A DNA stretch of 64,000 nt from Candidatus Hadarchaeales archaeon. GTDB lineage: Archaea; Hadarchaeota; Hadarchaeia; Hadarchaeales; WYZ-LMO6. Position numbers and translations under genes: made by a program. Below, piece by piece: positions 49,374 through 58,086 of this stretch; the first letter of the stretch is position 1, and each line of letters opens with the position of its first letter. Below the pieces are notes generated by a model. That model did no database searches, was not told the origin of the DNA, and was given only the letters and a program-made list of their open reading frames with translations. The DNA lies in assembly GCA_038736355.1 (NCBI GenBank), contig JAVYML010000003.1, positions 22,093 to 86,092 of the forward strand. Direction: 5' to 3'.

Positions 49374-50968
49374 ATTTTTTCATCCGCTCTTGCAGATGGG
49401 CAGGCAAGTGGTTGGGTAAGCGGTGGAAGGAAGATACTGAATTGGAAGAGAGTTTGAGGTTCCTAAGGTGGGAAATAGGGATGGGGGAAGTGAAGGCTTT
49501 TGCCCTCCTTTCCTCCCTCCTTTCCCTGCTTCCCCTTTTCCTTCTCTTACTCCTTTCCCCGAAGTTCCTCCCCCTCCTCCTTCTTCCTCCCTTGGTTTAT
49601 TGGTGGGTTAGGACCCACCCCATTAGGCAGATGGAGAAGGAAAGGGAGAGGGGAAGGGGGGAAGTACCCAGGCTCCTGTGTGCCCTTTCTTCTTCCCTCC
49701 TCTTGAATCCCAACTTGGAAGTAGCCGTGTCCTTTGCAGCGGAAAATGCGGAGGGGAAGATGGGACCAGAACTGAAGAGGGAACTCTCCAATTTTTTTCT
49801 GGGGATTCATAAGGGGGCGGAGGAAGTCCTTAGAAGGTTCTCGGAGAGGTGGGGAAATCCCCCAGAGCTCTCCAAGCCTCTTCCCCTCCTCCTAGCTTCG
49901 GTGAAGATGGGGGAGGAAGACAGGAGAAAGGCCTTGGAGCAGGCGCTGGAAACTTCTCTCGAAGAAGTGAGGGAGAGGTTGAGGAGTTTTCTGGGGTGGG
50001 TGAAGCTTCCCCTTTTCCTCCTCTATTCCTTCGGGGTAGTGCTCCCCCTTTGTCTCCTCACCTTGGTTCCGGTTTTGGGTTCCACGGGTCTCCTTTCCAG
50101 TCCCCTCCCTCTAGTCATGCTCTACGGCTTTCTTCTTCCTTCAACACTCTATCTCCTGAGCTCTTGGATTCTTTCCAAGCGTCCCCTCTTCTCATCTCCA
50201 CACGATTCGCCGTCGGCTGGAATATTCTTCTTCCTTTTACCCCTCCCCCTTCTCTTTCCCCTCTTCCGTTCGCTTCCCCCCTCCGAGCCAGGGGTGTTGG
50301 GTTTTCTTTGGTTGGTAGTCCTCCTCCTTTCCCTCTACTTCCTCTCCAAGCGGGATGGGGGAGAACACCTCCGCTCGCTGGAAATGGAGGAGGATTTTCC
50401 AGGATTCCTACAAGAGCTGGGAAGTAGGTTGAGGGAAGGCAGACCGATGGAGGAAGCATTGAGAAGGGCAAGCGAGAACAGGGGGAAGCTTTGGGAGAGA
50501 TGGGAGGATTCACCTTCTAGGCTAGTAAAGGGTACTCTTTTCCTCCTTCTCGGGTTGGCAGAACGCAGCGAGAGGGCGACTGGAGAGGCAGCCCTGCAGC
50601 TTTCTTCCCATTTGAGAAAGTTGAGGGAGGTAGAGCGTTGGGGGAGGCAGGAACTGGCGGAGATTTCTTCTTCCATGCGTTCTATGGCCCTCTTCTTTTC
50701 ACCCCTGATCATCTCCTTGACCTGTCAGATGTACTCCGTTCTCTGGAAGAGGGGAATGGGTTTCTTACCCAGCTTCCTTCCCCCTCCCCTTCTCCTCTTC
50801 TTACTTGGTAGCTACCAGCTGATCCTTACCCTTTTCCTCCTCCACCTCCTTTCAGAAATGGAAGGAACGGAAAGGGGAACCCTTTTCGCTTCCGGTCTTC
50901 CCCTCTCCCTTTCGATGTTTACCCTGGGTACAATAGGTGGTGGGGCCTTCTTGAGTTTTCTCACCTAA
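49370..50968 (+). CDS. FlaJ/TadC/GspF-like polytopic membrane platform protein (two T2SS-F-like repeats)
   Basis: Two cytoplasmic helical-bundle segments (…ELKRELSNFFLGIHKGAEEVLRRFSERWG… and …FLQELGSRLREGRPMEEALRRASE…), each followed by TM helices. GTG start overlaps the ATPase stop (GTGA). Confidence 0.7.
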   Translation: MNFFIRSCRWAGKWLGKRWKEDTELEESLRFLRWEIGMGEVKAFALLSSLLSLLPLFLLLLLSPKFLPLLLLPPLVYWWVRTHPIRQMEKERERGRGEVPRLLCALSSSLLLNPNLEVAVSFAAENAEGKMGPELKRELSNFFLGIHKGAEEVLRRFSERWGNPPELSKPLPLLLASVKMGEEDRRKALEQALETSLEEVRERLRSFLGWVKLPLFLLYSFGVVLPLCLLTLVPVLGSTGLLSSPLPLVMLYGFLLPSTLYLLSSWILSKRPLFSSPHDSPSAGIFFFLLPLPLLFPLFRSLPPSEPGVLGFLWLVVLLLSLYFLSKRDGGEHLRSLEMEEDFPGFLQELGSRLREGRPMEEALRRASENRGKLWERWEDSPSRLVKGTLFLLLGLAERSERATGEAALQLSSHLRKLREVERWGRQELAEISSSMRSMALFFSPLIISLTCQMYSVLWKRGMGFLPSFLPPPLLLFLLGSYQLILTLFLLHLLSEMEGTERGTLFASGLPLSLSMFTLGTIGGGAFLSFLT

Positions 50969-51674
50969 CTGCCAGAAAGGTATCAAGTCCGCTCTTCCGT
51001 GGGAGATCCGTCACGTAAATTTCTTTCCTAGCGGGAAGGGAAACGTTGACCACAAGCGTCCTGCCCAAAGAAACTTCTAGCACCGAGGACTTGTGTGCAT
51101 GTGCATGGATCCAGAGGTCGGGCTGTCTTTTCTCTATTACCTCCTCCAGTTTTTTGTTCCCCATCTCAGGCCAGGAGTCTTGGTTCTCTCCTTTCAGAGT
51201 GACAAAAGTGGGGGCATAGTGGGTGAGGACCACCTTGATGTCCGTATCGAGCTCCCCCAACAACCTGTCGAGCAACTTCACTCTCTCGGCGTAAATCTTG
51301 GAGATTCCGGAAAGATGAGTGCGTTGCCAGTAAGTGGGACGGGAGAGGGATCCCTGCGAGCCTACTACACCTATTCTGGTCCCCCCCATTTCCAGCACCA
51401 CGGCTTCACTCTCTATCCAGCGAAGATCCAGCGCCAAGTATTTTTGTCTGTCTTGAAGGTATTCCTCGTTCCCAAAACAGGCCAAGACTTCCCCCCGATG
51501 GAACTTCCTTAGGATTTCTAAGAGGGGAGGGAGCTGAGTGTGGTCGTTTTTGTATACGAGGTCTCCTGCCAGCAAAAAGAGATCTACCTTTCCCATCCTC
51601 TTTAGAGCCTCACTGAAGAGGTCGAGGTATTTGGGGGAATGAATGTCTCCGGCAGCAGCAATTCTAATCCCCAA
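50961..51674 (-). CDS. Metallophosphoesterase (calcineurin-like)
   Basis: IAAAGDIHSP...LLAGDLV...GNEE...HAHAH phosphoesterase motifs. Confidence 0.8.
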   Translation of the reverse strand: MGIRIAAAGDIHSPKYLDLFSEALKRMGKVDLFLLAGDLVYKNDHTQLPPLLEILRKFHRGEVLACFGNEEYLQDRQKYLALDLRWIESEAVVLEMGGTRIGVVGSQGSLSRPTYWQRTHLSGISKIYAERVKLLDRLLGELDTDIKVVLTHYAPTFVTLKGENQDSWPEMGNKKLEEVIEKRQPDLWIHAHAHKSSVLEVSLGRTLVVNVSLPARKEIYVTDLPRKSGLDTFLAVR

Positions 51675-51710
51675 GCTCTCCCACCCTTGCTCTCGCGCTT
51701 TTTGATCGAC

Positions 51711-51968
51711 TCACTTTAGCCTGGCTCTAAAAGCCGTGAGGGTCACGGTCCTACGAATATAGGGAATCCTTCTTATTTCGATGACGGTTCTGTCCACATC
51801 CCTCACGGGACCCTCCAGCACGCAGACCACATCGTAATCACCATGTACGAAGTCCACCATGGTTACGTTGGGCATTTTGCGTAGTTGCGGTATCACATAT
51901 TCCTCCTTTCCGGGTTCCACTTCCACCAGCACGTAGGATCTTCCTGCTGGAGAGGAATCGGCGCTCAT
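51711..51968 (-). CDS. Stand-alone Lrp/AsnC C-terminal (RAM) domain protein
   Basis: YVLVEVEPGKEEYVIPQLRKMPNVTMVDFVHGDYDVVCVLEGP matches the AsnC ligand-binding domain fold pattern. No HTH. Confidence 0.65.
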   Translation of the reverse strand: MSADSSPAGRSYVLVEVEPGKEEYVIPQLRKMPNVTMVDFVHGDYDVVCVLEGPVRDVDRTVIEIRRIPYIRRTVTLTAFRARLK

Positions 51969-51994
51969 CTACCTTTCTTTTTTGTAATTTGAGG

Positions 51995-52034
51995 CTTTTA
52001 TAGGGACTCCCTTTCCCAACCTTTTTTTATTTCG
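51995..52034 (+). promoter_or_regulatory. Putative TATA/BRE promoter region upstream of valS
   Basis: GAGGCTTTTATAGGGA (TTTTATAG) and a TTTTTTTATTTCG A/T-rich box 20-55 nt upstream of the ValRS start. Confidence 0.3.
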
Positions 52035-52052
52035 ATGTTTATGCAGGTAAAG

Positions 52053-54710
52053 ATGCAGCAATCAAAAGAGTACGATCCTAGAAGGGTGGAGGAAAAGTGG
52101 CAGAAATGGTGGGAGGAGAAGGGGATCTACAGGTTCGATCCCCAGAGCAAAGCACCCACCTACGTGATAGATACCCCTCCCCCCTATCCAAGTGGAGAAT
52201 TCCATTTGGGTACGGCTTTAAACTGGACCTACATGGATATCGTGGCCAGGTACAAACGCATGAGGGGCTTCAACGTGCTCTTTCCCCAAGGCTGGGATTG
52301 CCATGGTCTTCCCACGGAAGTTCAGGTGGAAAAGAAATATGGGATAAGAAAGGGTGATCTTCCACCAGAGAAGTTCAGGGAACTCTGTGTGAAGCTCACC
52401 GAGGAAAACATAGAGAAGATGAGAAAGGAGATGCGTTCTTTGGGCTTTTCCATAGACTGGACGAGGGAGTACAGGACGATGGATCCCTCCTATTTTTGGA
52501 GGACTCAGCTCTCCTTCGTGAAACTCTACAAACAGGGGAGGATCTATCGGGGTGAACATCCCGTCAACTGGTGCCCTAGATGCGAGACAGCCATAGCCGA
52601 TGCAGAGGTGGAATATGAGGAAAAGGAGGGGAAGTTGAATTACCTGAAGTTTTCGCTGGAGGAGGGTGGAGAGCTGATCATAGCCACCACCCGCCCAGAA
52701 TACTTGCCCGCTTGTGTGGCCGTTGCAGTCCATCCGGATGATGGGAGGTATAGACAATACGTGGGGAAGAGGGTGGAAGTTCCTGCTTGTGGGAGGAAGG
52801 TGGAGGTTATTCAGGACCCAGAGGTGGATCCAAACTTCGGTACCGGTATTGTGATGATCTGTACCTATGGGGATAAGACCGACGTGAAATGGGTGGCAAG
52901 ACACGGCCTTCCAGTGATAAGGTTGTTGGATGAGAGGGGAAGGATGACGGAGGAGGCGGGAAAATATGCAGGGTTGAGCGTGGAGGAGGCGAGGAAGGCC
53001 ATCTTGGAGGACCTCAGGAAGGAGGGAAAGCTGCTCAGGGAGGAAAACCTCCGGCAGAGCGTAGGGGTTTGTTGGAGGTGTAAGACACCCGTGGAGATCC
53101 TGACGAAAAGACAGTGGTTCATGAGGGTTCTGGATTTGAAGGAGAAGGTAGTGGAGGAGGCGAAGAAGGTTAGGTGGGTACCAGAGTACATGGGACAGCG
53201 TTTGGTGGATTGGGCCAATTCGATGGATTGGGATTGGGTGATTTCTAGGCAGAGGATCTTCGCCACCCCCATCCCCGTCTGGTACTGCAAGGGATGTGGT
53301 GAACCCTTGGTGGCGGAGGAGGATCAATTACCCGTGAACCCGCTCAAGGACAAACCTAGGGGGAGATGTCCGAAGTGTGGAGGTGAGGAATTCGAAGGGG
53401 AAAGGGATGTCTTGGATACTTGGATGGACAGCTCCATCACCATCGCCGTTCATGCGGGATGGCCAGAACTCGACCGCAGGCTCTTTCCCGCGGATCTTCA
53501 ACCGAACGGAACGGACATCATAAGGACTTGGGATTATTACCTTTTGGTCAGACATCTCGCTCTACTCGGTGAAACCCCTTACCGAACGGTTCTCATCAAC
53601 GGGATGGTCTTTGGGGAGGATGGCAGAAAGATGTCCAAGTCTTTGGGCAATTTCATCGAGACCTCCTCAGTCTACGGAAAATACGGAGCCGATGCCCTCA
53701 GACAGTGGAGCGTGCTGGCGGCCTCCACCGGGTCCGATGTTCCCTTTTCTTGGAAGGAAGTGATACACGGTTACAGGTTCTTACAAAAGCTTTGGAACGC
53801 CGTCAGGTTTGCGGGTCCTCACCTAAGGGATGTCAGGGGGCCGGAGGGGCTCAACCTGAGGACGGTGGACAGGTGGATCCTGAGTAGGCTTCAGAAACTG
53901 GTGGAGAGGGTTACCTCCTTGCTGGAGGACTTCCAGTTCAATCAGGCCCTCATCTCCCTCCAGTCCTTCGTCTGGCACGAATTCTGCGATCTCTACATAG
54001 AGGAAATCAAGCACCGACTTTACAGCGATCGTTCCGAAGAGGTGAGATATGTGTTGAGAGAAGTGATCTCCAAAGTATGCAGACTCCTCGCCCCCTTCAT
54101 TCCCCATCTCACGGAAGAAATCTACCAGACCTACCTGAGGGACGAGGGTTACGAAAGCGTCCATCTCGCCCCATGGCCTTCCCCAGAAAAGGAGAGGGTG
54201 GACGAGGAGGCGGAGAAGACGGCAGAGCTCCTTCATTCCGTGCTGGGCCTTCTACGCCGGTTCAAATCCTCCCGCGGTATCCCCCTCAACAGGGAACTGG
54301 AAGAGGTGAGGATTTACGCCTCTCCCCCGGTGCTCGAGAGGCTCAAGGAGGTGGAAGAGGATTTGGTGGCCACGGCCCACTTGAAGAGACTCTACCTCTC
54401 CTCCGAGAAACCAGAGCTGGAGGAAAGAGTGGTGTCCGTGGAACCGGACCCCTCTAGGCTGGGACCCAAGCTCCGCTCCAAGATAGGAAGGCTCGTGGAA
54501 TACCTCAGGGAACATGGTAGGGAGGTGGCTAAAAGGCTGGAAAGTGGCCCAGTCACGGTGGAACTCGATGGGGAAAGGATAGAACTCGGTCCCGGGGATG
54601 TGAGGATCAGGAAAGAGGTTTTTTACCGTGGAGAAGGTGTGGAGGTAATCGGGTTACAGGAGCCTGAGCTGTTGATGGTCATCAAGGGCAGGCGTGATTC
54701 GTCCCCCTAG
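52053..54710 (+). CDS. valS: Valyl-tRNA synthetase
   Basis: PYPSGEFHLGTA (HIGH-type), KMSKSLGN, editing domain, WCPRCETAIADAEVEY. Size ~886 aa matches archaeal ValRS. The start is chosen at MQQSKEYDP (the N-terminus of known ValRS begins ~YDP..E.KW). Confidence 0.85.
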   Translation: MQQSKEYDPRRVEEKWQKWWEEKGIYRFDPQSKAPTYVIDTPPPYPSGEFHLGTALNWTYMDIVARYKRMRGFNVLFPQGWDCHGLPTEVQVEKKYGIRKGDLPPEKFRELCVKLTEENIEKMRKEMRSLGFSIDWTREYRTMDPSYFWRTQLSFVKLYKQGRIYRGEHPVNWCPRCETAIADAEVEYEEKEGKLNYLKFSLEEGGELIIATTRPEYLPACVAVAVHPDDGRYRQYVGKRVEVPACGRKVEVIQDPEVDPNFGTGIVMICTYGDKTDVKWVARHGLPVIRLLDERGRMTEEAGKYAGLSVEEARKAILEDLRKEGKLLREENLRQSVGVCWRCKTPVEILTKRQWFMRVLDLKEKVVEEAKKVRWVPEYMGQRLVDWANSMDWDWVISRQRIFATPIPVWYCKGCGEPLVAEEDQLPVNPLKDKPRGRCPKCGGEEFEGERDVLDTWMDSSITIAVHAGWPELDRRLFPADLQPNGTDIIRTWDYYLLVRHLALLGETPYRTVLINGMVFGEDGRKMSKSLGNFIETSSVYGKYGADALRQWSVLAASTGSDVPFSWKEVIHGYRFLQKLWNAVRFAGPHLRDVRGPEGLNLRTVDRWILSRLQKLVERVTSLLEDFQFNQALISLQSFVWHEFCDLYIEEIKHRLYSDRSEEVRYVLREVISKVCRLLAPFIPHLTEEIYQTYLRDEGYESVHLAPWPSPEKERVDEEAEKTAELLHSVLGLLRRFKSSRGIPLNRELEEVRIYASPPVLERLKEVEEDLVATAHLKRLYLSSEKPELEERVVSVEPDPSRLGPKLRSKIGRLVEYLREHGREVAKRLESGPVTVELDGERIELGPGDVRIRKEVFYRGEGVEVIGLQEPELLMVIKGRRDSSP

Positions 54711-54721
54711 TCCCTTTTAAG

Positions 54722-54913
54722 TCATCCGGGGAGGAGGGAAAGAGCCACAAGGAGGAAGAGGAGGAGGAAGAGTAGCAAGAGGGAGAAAGTTCTAGCCTTC
54801 CTCATTCTCTCCTGCTGTTTCTTGAAGAGCTCTTCACAGGAAGATGAACAGAAAAGTTTATCCCTTTCCACCGCCTTTCCACAGGAAAGGCAGTGTCTGT
54901 GGTCTTCCACCAT
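54722..54913 (-). CDS. Small zinc-ribbon protein with C-terminal TM helix (DUF2116-like)
   Basis: HRHCLSCGKAVERDKLFCSSSCEELF is a C4 ribbon, followed by a LLLLFLLLFLLVALSLL TM helix. Confidence 0.55.
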   Translation of the reverse strand: MVEDHRHCLSCGKAVERDKLFCSSSCEELFKKQQERMRKARTFSLLLLFLLLFLLVALSLLPG

Positions 54914-54917
54914 CTTT

Positions 54918-55616
54918 TCACCCCGTTAAGATTTCCGTTCCAGAGTGTTCTCCTCCCTCCACTATGAGGGGTATCCTAGGGATTTCTTTCTTTCCTATTA
55001 CCAAAGTCCTTATCCTTAGCTGCTGGAGGAGCTTCACGGCCACGGGATCCAAAATAGTTCTCATGCCAGGTGATACTTTTGTCCCCACCAGTTCGAGGAG
55101 TTCTTTTGTACCAATCCTATCGAGCTTTTTGGCAGTGGGGTCCAGCTTGGGATCGGAGGTATAAACTCCATCCACATCCGTCACGAAGAGGAGCAAGGAA
55201 GAATTGGTGGCTTTCGCGGCCATGGCGGCAACGGCATCGGTGGTATGTCCTGGTACTGTCCCCCCCATTACGGGAACCTTTCCCCTCAGCATCAGTTGGG
55301 AGGCTTCCCTGAAGGTGGTGGGAGGAGAAGGTTCGGAGAGGTCCCCCAGGGCCATGGCAAGCAGGCGTGCATTGAGGCGCGTGATTTCTATTCCGAGTTC
55401 ATGGAGGAGCACTTCCGTTCCACCCAGTTCCTTCCCAGCCTGTATGTATTTTCTGGCGGGTTCCCCTCCTCCAACCACCACCAGTACTTCATGTTTTCTT
55501 TCCACCAGTTCCCTCACCACCTTCGCTGCAAGCTTCAAATTCTCCACATCTGGCCAGTGGGGAGAGAGCACGGAACCGCCGAAGTTCAGGGTGATTCTCA
55601 CATGCCTTTGCAGCAT
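54918..55616 (-). CDS. pyrH: UMP kinase (archaeal)
   Basis: ITLNFGGSVLSP...VVVGGGEPAR...VMGGTVPGHTTDAVAAMAA amino-acid-kinase-family motifs. The start is set at MLQRHVRIT; the ORF-track version is over-extended. Confidence 0.85.
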   Translation of the reverse strand: MLQRHVRITLNFGGSVLSPHWPDVENLKLAAKVVRELVERKHEVLVVVGGGEPARKYIQAGKELGGTEVLLHELGIEITRLNARLLAMALGDLSEPSPPTTFREASQLMLRGKVPVMGGTVPGHTTDAVAAMAAKATNSSLLLFVTDVDGVYTSDPKLDPTAKKLDRIGTKELLELVGTKVSPGMRTILDPVAVKLLQQLRIRTLVIGKKEIPRIPLIVEGGEHSGTEILTG

Positions 55617-55667
55617 TTTTAAAATAAATAGACATAAGCTGCAACATCTCTGATAGAGATAGTTGAA

Positions 55668-56182
55668 GTGCCAAACAGCCCATATCGGGTTACGTATAAC
55701 ATCGAGCATGGCTACAGAGTTTTAGAGTTTCTGGAAGCGTATGGGCTGATGCTCCGGAGGGCGATAGACGAGATATGGGATAGGATTGGGTGGGTTGAGA
55801 AATTCGGTGGATCTGGGGAACGCAGATCCTTCCGATCATACCCAAAGATGGAGCGTTCAAGAACCATTATCTGAGGGATCCGTTGATGAAGGATTGGACC
55901 TACCCAAAGCACTACGTCGACTCGGCTATTAAGCAGGCATACAGGGCAGAGACTTCATCCATAAGCCAACGACTTTTCTCTCCGGGGAATACGAGCAGAA
56001 GGTGCTCCAGATGTGGGATGATCAATGCTCCGAAGGGAGCGAAATACGAATGCAGGGGATGCGGGTTAAGGATCGATAGGCAGCTCAACGCTGCCATAAA
56101 CCTGTACCTTCAGATGGAGGGAGCTTTCTCCGGGCAGGAAGCTCTTCAACGGGCTGATGAAGGCCTGGAGCGTTCACCCTGA
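55668..56182 (+). pseudogene. tnpB: Remnant of an IS200/IS605-family TnpB (OrfB) gene, C-terminal RuvC-III / zinc-finger part only, split across two frames
   Basis: 55883..56182 translates to ...TYPKHYVDSAIKQAYRA...RRCSRCGMINAPKGAKYECRGCGLRIDRQLNAAINL, the TnpB C-terminal Zn finger plus the final RuvC motif. An upstream 68-aa piece lies in another frame. The N-terminal ~250 aa (RuvC-I/II) are missing. Local GC is lower. Confidence 0.65.
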
Positions 56183-56313
56183 GGGGAGGCCGATGAGGGT
56201 TCCTATGAACTCGTGAGGGGTCCCAGGCTGGTGAACCCCAAGAGCTGCGCAAGTCTATCCAGGACTACGTAGCTCAGAACCCTTCTTAAGCGTGCAAAAA
56301 AGAGTTAAGGGAG

Positions 56314-57564
56314 ATGTCCGAGAAATCCCTCTACCAGTTCAAGCGTTTGCTGGAGGAGTTGGAGGGGAAGTCCGGGAGAGGGACGGAACTCATTTCCGTT
56401 TACATCCCTCCGGGCTATGACTTGAGCAAGGTAATGGCCCAGCTGAGGGAGGAACAGGGAACGGCAGAGAACATCAAGTCCAAAACCACGAGAAAAAACG
56501 TGCTCGGGGCATTGGAAAGGGTAATACAGTTTCTCCGCACCTACATGGAAACCAACAGGGCTACCCCACCGAACGGTATGGTGATTTTCGCCGGAAACGT
56601 GGCGGGAAGGGAGGACAATCCCGACATCCAGCTCTACTGGATAGAGCCTCCGGAACCCGTCCCGATCCGCCTTTACCGCTGTGATCAGCGTTTTGTGCTC
56701 GAGCCCCTCAAACAGATGCTGGAGCCGAAGGAGCTGGTGGGACTCATCACGCTTGACGGAAAAGAGGCTACCATAGCCCTGCTCAAGGGAAAACATTTGG
56801 AAGTGTTGGACCACCTCTACTCTGGGGTTTGGGGGAAGCACTCGAGGGGTGGACAGTCGGCTAGGAGGTTTGAAAGGATAAGGGAGTATGCCATGCACGA
56901 GTACATGAAAAGGGTGGCCGAAGCTGCCACTCAGGCCTTTGGGAAATTCCCTGAGTTAAAGTGCATCATCATAGGGGGACCTGGACCCACCAAGGAAGAA
57001 TTCCTGAAGGCCGAGCTTCTTCCCCCGGATTTGGCCAAAAAGGTGGTGGCTGTTTTGGACACCGGTTACACGGATGAATATGGTGCGAAGGAGCTGTTGG
57101 ATAGGGCGGAGGAGGTGCTGAAGGAGCTTGAGATCGCTAAAGAAAAATCCTTGATGAAGAAGTTCATGATGGGATTGGTCTCTCCAGATGTGCCCATCAC
57201 TTATGGGGAGGAAGAGGTGAGGAAGCAGCTGGAAGCGGGAGCGGTGGAGGTCCTGCTCCTCTCGGAGAAACTCAGGAAGGTGAGGGTTAAAGTGAGATGT
57301 GGGGCCTGCGGAAAAACTTTTCAAGAAACCACGAACAATCTGGATTTCTATCAGAAGCAGCTGCAGGGAAGGAACTGTCCTTTCTGTGGGGAGCTCAGGC
57401 TTTCCGTTCAAGAAGCCCAAGACGTGGTGCGGGAACTCATGGAAATCGCGGAGAAATTCGGTTCGCGGGTGGAGTTCATCTCCACCGAAACGGATGAGGG
57501 AAAGCAGCTCCACGAGAGCTTCGGTGGGATAGGAGCCCTCCTGAGATTCAGAGTACAGGGTTAG
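56314..57564 (+). CDS. prf1: Peptide chain release factor aRF1
   Basis: NIKS motif (TAENIKSKTTR) and GGQ motif (HSRGGQSARRFERIRE). 416 aa. Confidence 0.92.
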   Translation: MSEKSLYQFKRLLEELEGKSGRGTELISVYIPPGYDLSKVMAQLREEQGTAENIKSKTTRKNVLGALERVIQFLRTYMETNRATPPNGMVIFAGNVAGREDNPDIQLYWIEPPEPVPIRLYRCDQRFVLEPLKQMLEPKELVGLITLDGKEATIALLKGKHLEVLDHLYSGVWGKHSRGGQSARRFERIREYAMHEYMKRVAEAATQAFGKFPELKCIIIGGPGPTKEEFLKAELLPPDLAKKVVAVLDTGYTDEYGAKELLDRAEEVLKELEIAKEKSLMKKFMMGLVSPDVPITYGEEEVRKQLEAGAVEVLLLSEKLRKVRVKVRCGACGKTFQETTNNLDFYQKQLQGRNCPFCGELRLSVQEAQDVVRELMEIAEKFGSRVEFISTETDEGKQLHESFGGIGALLRFRVQG

Positions 57565-58000
57565 GAGTCTCTTTGAAGCTTTCGATGGCTACCAAGGTCT
57601 CCATTTCCTTCACCATTTCCGAAGAATTCATTAGATTTTCCAAGAATTTGTTCAGGGAAGGAATGTCCTTGGCCCTTATCTTCACCAAGAGGTTGTGGTT
57701 TCCAGTGATCCTGTGTACCTCACACACTTCCTTGTAATGGGAAAGACGCTGGGTGAGGCTCCTCAGGTCCTTGGGATTCACCTCCAATCTCAGAAAGGCG
57801 GTCAGGCCGAGACCCAGTTTCTTACAATCCACCAACACGGTGTATTTCTTTATCACCTGCAACCTCTCGAGTTTTTCCAGTCTCTTCTTCACGGCAGAAA
57901 TGCTCAGGCCCATCTCTCTGCTCAATTCTTTCAGGGTCTTTTTCGCGTTCTCGTTGAGGAGTTTGATGAGCTTGAGGTCCGTGGCATCTATTCTGTTCAT
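57548..58000 (-). CDS. lrp: Lrp/AsnC-family transcriptional regulator
   Basis: N-terminal HTH (DLKLIKLLNENAKKTLKELSREMGLSISAVKKRLEKLE) plus a C-terminal RAM domain. Confidence 0.85.
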   Translation of the reverse strand: MNRIDATDLKLIKLLNENAKKTLKELSREMGLSISAVKKRLEKLERLQVIKKYTVLVDCKKLGLGLTAFLRLEVNPKDLRSLTQRLSHYKEVCEVHRITGNHNLLVKIRAKDIPSLNKFLENLMNSSEMVKEMETLVAIESFKETPNPVL

Positions 58001-58086
58001 GCGAATTTTCTTTTCTGGAGATTTTATTTATCCGTTGTTTTTCTCTCCACGTTTATCCCAAACCATGGAATATTTCAAAAGATGGA

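Noticed and set aside
52218-53327. 369-aa minus-strand ORF and other ORFs inside valS
   Set aside because: They are antisense or alternative frames within the ValRS gene and have no motifs.
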